Shown: in pieces, positions 58,217 through 64,000 of the stretch
Numbering within the stretch: the stretch's first letter is position 1
Layout of the letters: each line of letters opens with the position of its first letter
Notes under the pieces: model-generated
Told to the model about the DNA's origin: nothing
Database searches by the model: none
Seen by the model: only the letters and a program-made list of their open reading frames with translations
Made by a program: the position numbers and the translations under genes
Assembly: GCA_039586365.1 (NCBI GenBank)
Contig: JBDHKN010000012.1
Location: 1-64,000, forward strand
Source of the DNA: Gemmatimonadota bacterium
GTDB taxonomy: Bacteria > Gemmatimonadota > Gemmatimonadetes > Gemmatimonadales > GWC2-71-9
Direction of reading: 5' to 3'
DNA length: 64,000 bases

Positions 58217-59155
58217 TCACTCGTCACCGGAACGGCGTGACTCCCGCTTCGCGCGGCCTGCCTGTCTCACAACCTCCATCAAGTGATTCATGTCGACCGG
58301 CTTGCGAAGGTAGTCGAAGGCACCCAACCTGTATGCCTCTTCCTCGTCCTTGTCTGTGCCGTGACCGGTCATGATGATCACCTCTATCTGGGGATACGCC
58401 TTCTTGACTCGCTTCAGCACTTCCATCCCATCGATACCTGGCATACGTAGGTCGAGGACCATGACATCCGGCGTGTCTTCTTCCAGCATCTTGAGTGCTT
58501 GATGCCCATCAAGCGCCACTTCGCTGCCGAGATCCCGCATCTCCATCCTCTCAGCCATAGTCCTTACTAGATCTTCCTCGTCGTCGACGAGCAGGACCTT
58601 CAGGCTGTCTGCCAATCTCTCTTTCTCGACTCCCGGCTCGGCAGACTCCTCCTCGCGTCTTCGTCGTGGCTCCTGCATCATCTCTCGTGCCGCCTCTGGC
58701 ACACCTCCCTCTGCGAGGGCAGCGGCGGACATGCTCTTGCCAAATTCCTCCTTAGAATCCTTCAGAAAATCCGCAGCAGCCTTCACGCTCTTGCTCCAAG
58801 CGGATCGAATCGTGCTCAGGAGCTGAGTGGTGTCGGCGGGCTTCTGCAGGTAATCGAACGCCCCCAGCCTGCGGGCTTCCTTCTCCTCCTTATCTGAGCC
58901 ATGGCCCGTCAGGATGATCACCTGTACCTCGGGATGCTCCTTCTTCATCCGCTCGAGCACTGCCATTCCATCGATGCCGGGCATCCGCAAGTCGAGCACC
59001 ATCACGTCGGGCTCATCTTCCTTCACCATCTGCAGCGCTTCCTCACCACTCAACGCCACACGACTGCCGACATCGCGCATCTCCATGCGCTCGGCCATCG
59101 TCCTGACATAGGCTTCTTCATCATCTACGAGTAGCACATTTATCTTGTGCATCAT
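58217..59155 (-). CDS. Tandem double receiver-domain protein
   Basis: Two very similar REC domains (VLLVDDEE..VRTMAERMEMRD.GS.VAL...DVMVLDLRMPGIDGM) joined by an acidic linker. Confidence 0.92.
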   Translation of the reverse strand: MMHKINVLLVDDEEAYVRTMAERMEMRDVGSRVALSGEEALQMVKEDEPDVMVLDLRMPGIDGMAVLERMKKEHPEVQVIILTGHGSDKEEKEARRLGAFDYLQKPADTTQLLSTIRSAWSKSVKAAADFLKDSKEEFGKSMSAAALAEGGVPEAAREMMQEPRRRREEESAEPGVEKERLADSLKVLLVDDEEDLVRTMAERMEMRDLGSEVALDGHQALKMLEEDTPDVMVLDLRMPGIDGMEVLKRVKKAYPQIEVIIMTGHGTDKDEEEAYRLGAFDYLRKPVDMNHLMEVVRQAGRAKRESRRSGDE

Positions 59156-59314
59156 TTCCTCCCTGCTACGAACTTGCCATCACCCGTGACTTCCACGGAT
59201 GCCGCATGACAGCGGTCACTCTGTCAACTGTGACATCGAGGACATTGCGACAGGCACACCGGCCATACTCAACAGGCGGTGTCACGTGGCCTTCCATGTA
59301 GTGATGTCGCAATG

Positions 59315-59977
59315 TCATCCACCACCGGAGACCGGAAGAATCACCCGGAAGCGGCACGCTGCGTCATCCGCTTCAACTGAGGCGCCAAGACTATCGACCA
59401 GTTCCTCCAACCGGCTCCAGCCAGCAACGCCGGCGGGGGCGCCCACCACCACCCCATCGCCAATCTCACCAACGAACTCGACCGCAGGTGCGTCTCCCCA
59501 CCGACCGGCTTGCATTGTCACCGTTCCGGGTTTCGTCATGCGCTCGAAGCAGCATTCGACGGCGGTGAACAGTACCATGTGAAGCCGCAGAGAGTTGGTC
59601 TCTACATTCAGGCCCGGATCTCCAGACTGCACCTGTACTTGATGTCCACCTTGCCTGGCAAAGCGCTCACACAGAAACGCAATCTGTTGCAGTTCATCAG
59701 CCAGGTCGATGCTGTCCCGGGCATTGTCCAGACTGTGAGCAAACCGGTTCAGGTTCGAGACGATATTGGCACCGCGGGAGACCTGCGCGTCGATGCGCCG
59801 AACCGTGCGAAGCAACTTCTCCTGGTTCAGCGACCCGCGCTTTGCGAACGCGTGCATCATGTCCCCTATCAAACCGGCGGACTCCTTCACGATCGCTAGG
59901 ACATTGCGGATCTCATGTGTGGTGCTGGCTGTGATCTTGGCGAGGAAGGCAGCTTCTCTATTATCAGACGCGTCCAT
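59315..59977 (-). CDS. HisKA protein with degenerate ATPase domain (pseudo-kinase / phosphotransferase-like)
   Basis: H-box STTHEIRNVLAIVKESAGL; N, G1 and G2 boxes not recognisable; no sensor domain. Confidence 0.75.
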   Translation of the reverse strand: MDASDNREAAFLAKITASTTHEIRNVLAIVKESAGLIGDMMHAFAKRGSLNQEKLLRTVRRIDAQVSRGANIVSNLNRFAHSLDNARDSIDLADELQQIAFLCERFARQGGHQVQVQSGDPGLNVETNSLRLHMVLFTAVECCFERMTKPGTVTMQAGRWGDAPAVEFVGEIGDGVVVGAPAGVAGWSRLEELVDSLGASVEADDAACRFRVILPVSGGG

Positions 59978-60741
59978 GCTCTTGAATCCAAAGTTGGTGC
60001 TCCGCCTGACCGATGCGTTTCGGTTCCCGGTCACGGCAGAGATCGGGCTCATTGCGACGTCGTGGGCGCCCCGCTGACAGAGTGCCCCTGACAACTGTCG
60101 GCCTCGGCACTGTGCCATTTGAAAACGAGCGCCGGTGCCGTCGCAAGATACTATGCCGCATCGGTTTACTCCAACTCCGACGGTTCCACGGTCGCTCCTG
60201 AGTTGAGACCGCTTCGCGGCTTCCGTATGCACCAACGTGGTATCAAGGATTGCGCTATATCAGCCGATGCGAGCCCGTTGCAGATCGCACATCGCCCTCG
60301 ATCGCTGGCCGCGACACTGATCAGCTCCTGTTTCCGGGAGATCGGGCTGGAGTGACCGGCCAGGAGCACGGTGTCCCTTCCATCCATTCAACCACAGTTA
60401 TCAGGCTTGATTCTGTGTGCCTTGCCGCTTGTTCTAAGAAACGTCTTCGAAGAATCGCGTCCATCGACGCCCCTTGCTGACCTTCAAAACGACTTCTTCG
60501 AGGGAGACTCCTGCCTCAGTGTCGCCCACTCGCGTCACAGTCATAATCCCCAAGAACGGTAAGAGCGACGCCGTCTGGGTGGAATCCGGAGGTGTTCGTA
60601 CGCATGTCACGGTTTCTACTTAGCTCAGCAGGTGCGACCATACGTTGGCCGAACCGCATCCCCACTCGTTCACCGGCCCACGCCGTCCGTCAACTCACGA
60701 CATGTGGGATTCGCCGTGCAAGTCCCCCGCCCGTAGCCCGC

Positions 60742-61112
60742 TCACTTCCCAGCGGGGTCGACTACCGCACCTGCGTATGGGTCAATGAAGACCCGCTCGA
60801 CCCTTGCTTCTTCGCCGACTTCGATGTCGAACACGTACGCGTACCTGGACTCCTGCACCCGCAGTCTGCTGCACACAATGTGACCATCGTCGACTAGGGC
60901 TAGAGCGCTGTTACGAGCTGCGATAAAGCCGATCCTGGCAAGGCAATCAGCTCAGGATTGGCTCTCATCACAATGTTGCCAGCCGCATCCAGCTCCACAC
61001 AGTACGTCACTGCATCGATCTGCACCTGCTCAGTCCTGTGGTGACCCGCGTACTCGAGTTCAAACGAGTAGACGAGGTGATCTCCCAGACGCTCTATCGT
61101 CGCAGCCACCAT
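60742..61112 (-). pseudogene. Frameshifted double PepSY-domain gene remnant
   Basis: Frame 1: ATIERLGDHLVYSFELEYAGHHRTEQVQIDAVT...NPELIAL. After a 1-nt shift near 60939: ARIGFIAARNSALALVDDGHIV...YAYVFDIEVGEEARVERVFIDPYAGAVV-stop. Confidence 0.65.
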
Positions 61113-61137
61113 CTGCGCTCACTGACAGCGGTCCTAG

Positions 61138-61983
61138 CTACCGAACGGCGCGAAACCCTCGGGGGCCTGCCGCATTTGCAGAGCGTTTCCCAATCTCTAT
61201 CTTGGACTGAATGTCCTTTACACCCGGGATCTGCCCAACAAGTTCCCTGACCCTGTTCGCATCGGCTAGAAAGCGCACGTTCGCCGTGATTGTGACAATA
61301 CCGTCTCTGGCTTCGACTTCGATCCTGTCGTCTGAGATTTCCTTCAACAGGCCCATCTTGGCCCGTATCCCGCTGGTAAGGACCAGATCGTCCACCATCT
61401 GCTGAGATTCTGGGGTTGTCTGGAAGCCATGGTTGACCGTTCGAGCAACGATCATACAGGCAATTGGAATTGGGATGTGTTCCAGATTGATCACAAGATC
61501 ATAGGTTGTGGGATCGTTCGTATCGACACCATGGAGCCATTTCATCCAGTTGGCCCGTTCTCTATCCAACTCCTCGATGCACTGTATTGCTTCCTCTCGG
61601 GTGAAGTTGCCTCGTTTCACAGTGTCCATGATGCGATACTCCATATCCGCTACCGCCCTCAGTCTCAGGTGGTGAGGGATTCCTCTTAGCAGCAGGTGCC
61701 CCGCCTGTCCATGGTACACCACGTTGTCATGCTGGACTGCTTTGGCTATGGCTGCCTGCACACAGTAGATGTACTGTAGCCTCTTACGACCTCGTCCCTC
61801 CAGGAATCTCGGCCTCTGTTGGAGAGCCGATTTCAGATCGTCCTCCAATGCACCGAATTCCTTGGCAGCGTTGGTTAACAGTTGCTCGCGTGACAGGAGA
61901 CGATAGCCTAGGTCCTCGCTGAGGGATTCTGCGAGGGCTAGGCCTCCGCTGTATGTTCCCCTGGAAATGGTTATGATTGCCAT
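61138..61983 (-). CDS. Cytidylate-kinase-like family protein with C-terminal BON domain
   Basis: MAIITISRGTYSGG, VVYHGQAGH, DRERANW, YDLVINL; C-terminal IEVEARDGIVTI...IPGVKDI. Confidence 0.85.
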   Translation of the reverse strand: MAIITISRGTYSGGLALAESLSEDLGYRLLSREQLLTNAAKEFGALEDDLKSALQQRPRFLEGRGRKRLQYIYCVQAAIAKAVQHDNVVYHGQAGHLLLRGIPHHLRLRAVADMEYRIMDTVKRGNFTREEAIQCIEELDRERANWMKWLHGVDTNDPTTYDLVINLEHIPIPIACMIVARTVNHGFQTTPESQQMVDDLVLTSGIRAKMGLLKEISDDRIEVEARDGIVTITANVRFLADANRVRELVGQIPGVKDIQSKIEIGKRSANAAGPRGFRAVR

Positions 61984-62132
61984 TACAGTCCTCCTGCTTC
62001 CCTATGGCCGTCAAGAACCTCCAGCGGGCTCCTATGCCTGAAGGTTCGTGGACAGGCCCGGCGGCGAAACGACCAGAGATGTGACAGTGCTCACGGTGTA
62101 CTTCCGGGCATGCCTCCTCGTCGCCGAAGTTC

Positions 62133-62498
62133 TCAACAACAGCATCCTATGCAAGTGTACGTTTCGGGCACTACCTCCAGTCGCCTGTAGGGTATTGGTC
62201 CTCCGCATATCGCACAGCGGCCGTAGGAACCCTGCTGGATACGATCCAGTGCGCCGAGGATCTCTGTGCGGCGCTCTTGAAGCCTGTCGTAAAGGTCAGA
62301 AGCGAGTCGCTCGGACTGAGCATGGTCCACGGACACGTGTCGGCTTTCACGTGCCGCGAGGACCTCACAGGGCCAAACCTCTGCCAAACTGCTTTTCAGC
62401 CGAGCCAATTCGCCACGCAGCTCTTCACGAATCTTGTCGATTCTGTCAGTGGTTAGGGTATCATCCGGCCCAGTAATGGATCTTCTGGTGGCCCTCAT
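62133..62498 (-). CDS. TraR/DksA C4-type zinc finger protein
   Basis: Coiled coil then ALDRIQQGSYGRCAICGGPIPYRRLEVVPETYTCIGC. Confidence 0.9.
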   Translation of the reverse strand: MRATRRSITGPDDTLTTDRIDKIREELRGELARLKSSLAEVWPCEVLAARESRHVSVDHAQSERLASDLYDRLQERRTEILGALDRIQQGSYGRCAICGGPIPYRRLEVVPETYTCIGCCC

Positions 62499-62529
62499 TG
62501 CCTCACCCTCCTGCATAGTCAACCGGTCA

Positions 62530-63252
62530 TCACTTCAGCTCACTCACGTCGACCTGATAGAGCACGCGTTCCTCAACGGAGTAGAAGAGCGGGGCCACCA
62601 CGACACGGGGGTAGCGCCGACTCAGACGTAGTGCTTCCGACTGCACGAAGCCGATCACGTCACCGATTTCGAAGTTGGGAGCATGCGTCTTGAAGTGATT
62701 CTGTGCGTCACGATTGCTCCAGCCACCGTGCTCGACCAGACCACGCACGAACGAGCGGCCTCGGTCGACCACCCCACCCATTGCACATTGGTCATGTCCT
62801 ATCAAGCAAACAGCAGTCACCCCACGCGCTACAGCTAAGGAGATCTGGAACTCGAGACCCCGGAGATTGGCTCCACCGACCCGAAGCACGTACGCGAAGT
62901 CCGGGGGAATGCGAAGCCACATCCGGTAGTCCATGCACATACCAATGAGCAGCTCTGCTGTGGGATGTCGTTGGAATGGCGCCCCCAGATTGTGATAGGC
63001 CAGCAGCTCTTCGATTGGCGTCCCACGGTAGGCAAGAACGACGTCATCATATGCTTGCACGGGATGACACCCTGGGGGGACCTGGCGAGTCCTCGACTGC
63101 GCGGCATCGGGCGTGCCTTCCAGATCTCCGGCTTGTTCCGTGGTTCTGCGTTCGGCAAGCAGGGATCGCAGTCCGTTCGAACGCTCCGTGGCGTGGACCT
63201 CGCGCTCGGCTGGTGGATCAGGGTGCGGGTTGATGTCGCGACTGTGCCTCAT
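62530..63252 (-). CDS. Beta-class carbonic anhydrase-like protein
   Basis: Zn-ligand motifs CMDYR (CxDxR) and GHDQC (HxxC); LRVGGAN. Confidence 0.82.
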   Translation of the reverse strand: MRHSRDINPHPDPPAEREVHATERSNGLRSLLAERRTTEQAGDLEGTPDAAQSRTRQVPPGCHPVQAYDDVVLAYRGTPIEELLAYHNLGAPFQRHPTAELLIGMCMDYRMWLRIPPDFAYVLRVGGANLRGLEFQISLAVARGVTAVCLIGHDQCAMGGVVDRGRSFVRGLVEHGGWSNRDAQNHFKTHAPNFEIGDVIGFVQSEALRLSRRYPRVVVAPLFYSVEERVLYQVDVSELK

Positions 63253-63267
63253 GGTACACCTAGCTCC

Positions 63268-63520
63268 TCAGGGTTGCTGGCCACTCTGGCGAGGTTCTTC
63301 CCTCGACCCTGGCGAATGCTGAACGGCGTGCCGGACACACTCTGCCGCCTCATAGACGGCCACTTGGGGAGTTGCTCCCCGCACTGTCACCACGAGACCC
63401 CAACATTGTAGTCCTGTACCTCAATGCGGCAGTACGTGTCCCCTTCACCTGGTAGATCATTGAGGTTACGACCCATACCCGGACCTCATTCACCCTGTGA
63501 CCGAGACTCCTTACATGCAT
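63268..63520 (-). pseudogene. Frameshifted tandem paralogue of the HPF/RaiA-family gene
   Basis: Restoring one base near 63470 and one in the C-run at 63398-63401 gives MHVRSLGHRVNEVRVWVRNLNDLPGEGDTYCRIEVQDYNVGGLVVTVRGATPQVAVYEAAECVRHAVQHSPGSREEPR, which aligns without gaps to the neighbouring HPF. Confidence 0.75.
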
Positions 63521-63628
63521 TGGGCTGTCCCAGCCGATCCTGGAGCTTGAGTCGCGACCGAGCTTGCGACTCACTTCGGAGGACAGTCGATAGCAACACG
63601 TCGGACCTACCGCTGCACCCCTGGGGTT

Positions 63629-63973
63629 TCAGGGTAGTCTCGCGTGACGGGGTCTCCGCCGGCGACGCGGTTCCGACGCCCGGGCTAATTCGCGACCAAC
63701 CGCGCAGTGGATATGGTCCGCAGCCCGGTCGATCGCTGATCTAAGGTTCGCTGCCAGGGCCGACGTCACCAAACCATCGACGTCAGCACCCAGCACCTGG
63801 ATCCGGCAGTGCAGGTCGACCCCACCGCGCGGGCCGTTTACTTCCACTATTCTGACTCTGGCGAGGTCGATCCGGTCCGAGAACCGACCAAGTTTGAAGT
63901 GTAAGCGACGAAGGACATAATCCCGCAGTTCGGGCGTTACCCTGAATCCCCTAGCCGAAACTTCAATCCGCAT
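63629..63973 (-). CDS. HPF/RaiA-family ribosome-associated protein
   Basis: MRIEVSARGFRVTPELRDYVLRRLHFKLGRF...VNGPRGGVDLHCRI...AIDRAADHI. Confidence 0.88.
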   Translation of the reverse strand: MRIEVSARGFRVTPELRDYVLRRLHFKLGRFSDRIDLARVRIVEVNGPRGGVDLHCRIQVLGADVDGLVTSALAANLRSAIDRAADHIHCAVGRELARASEPRRRRRPRHARLP

Positions 63974-64000
63974 AGGACCCTCCATACACGCCGGTGAGTA

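Noticed and set aside
60140..60270. sigma54-like elements upstream of the pseudo-kinase
   Set aside because: The best-looking candidates have GG-N11-GC spacing, and the one with N10 spacing matches the consensus poorly.

Overview
A GC-rich, gene-dense 64 kb bacterial window. The gene repertoire (ADOP permease, stand-alone Hanks kinase, small Zn-ribbon proteins) suggests a Gemmatimonadota/Acidobacteriota-like genome; this is inference. No rRNA, tRNA, CRISPR array, transposase or integrase was recognised. Left to right: (1) PAS fragment, tartrate/D-malate dehydrogenase, SnoaL protein, an Arg-repeat/Zn-ribbon/atypical receiver protein, an in-frame Fur/PerR-catalase chimera, dienelactone hydrolase and PP2C phosphatase; (2) a minus-strand MauG-type diheme enzyme, molybdopterin oxidoreductase and unknown protein; (3) a 7-gene lipid cluster at 10663-19121 (RPH/PEP-synthase-like dikinase, UbiA-family transferase, PssA, Psd, DAG-kinase family, CdsA family, HMG-CoA-reductase-like), whose two plus-strand operons share a TTGACG-N5-TTGACGCC direct-repeat motif. 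This is the best candidate for an undescribed system, possibly making an ether-type or otherwise non-standard ethanolamine phospholipid; (4) repeat lipoprotein, Ser/Thr kinase, SPOR, GNAT, serine hydrolase + ADOP, OMP85-like barrel, GcvT-SHMT fusion; (5) a pilin-like / HD-GYP / membrane-protein operon behind a sigma54-type promoter; (6) S9 peptidase and an L-arabinose locus (GH127/146, DUF5695, sodium:sugar symporter, araBDA); (7) an output-less phosphorelay with CBS protein and SLC13 transporter, then a stress/dormancy-like block (cytidylate-kinase-like-BON, DksA/TraR, beta-carbonic anhydrase, HPF). Gene remnants not evident from the ORF track were reconstructed by hand: a frameshifted second HPF, a frameshifted double-PepSY gene and an orphan Tat signal. 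All calls come from motif reading; no database searches were run.
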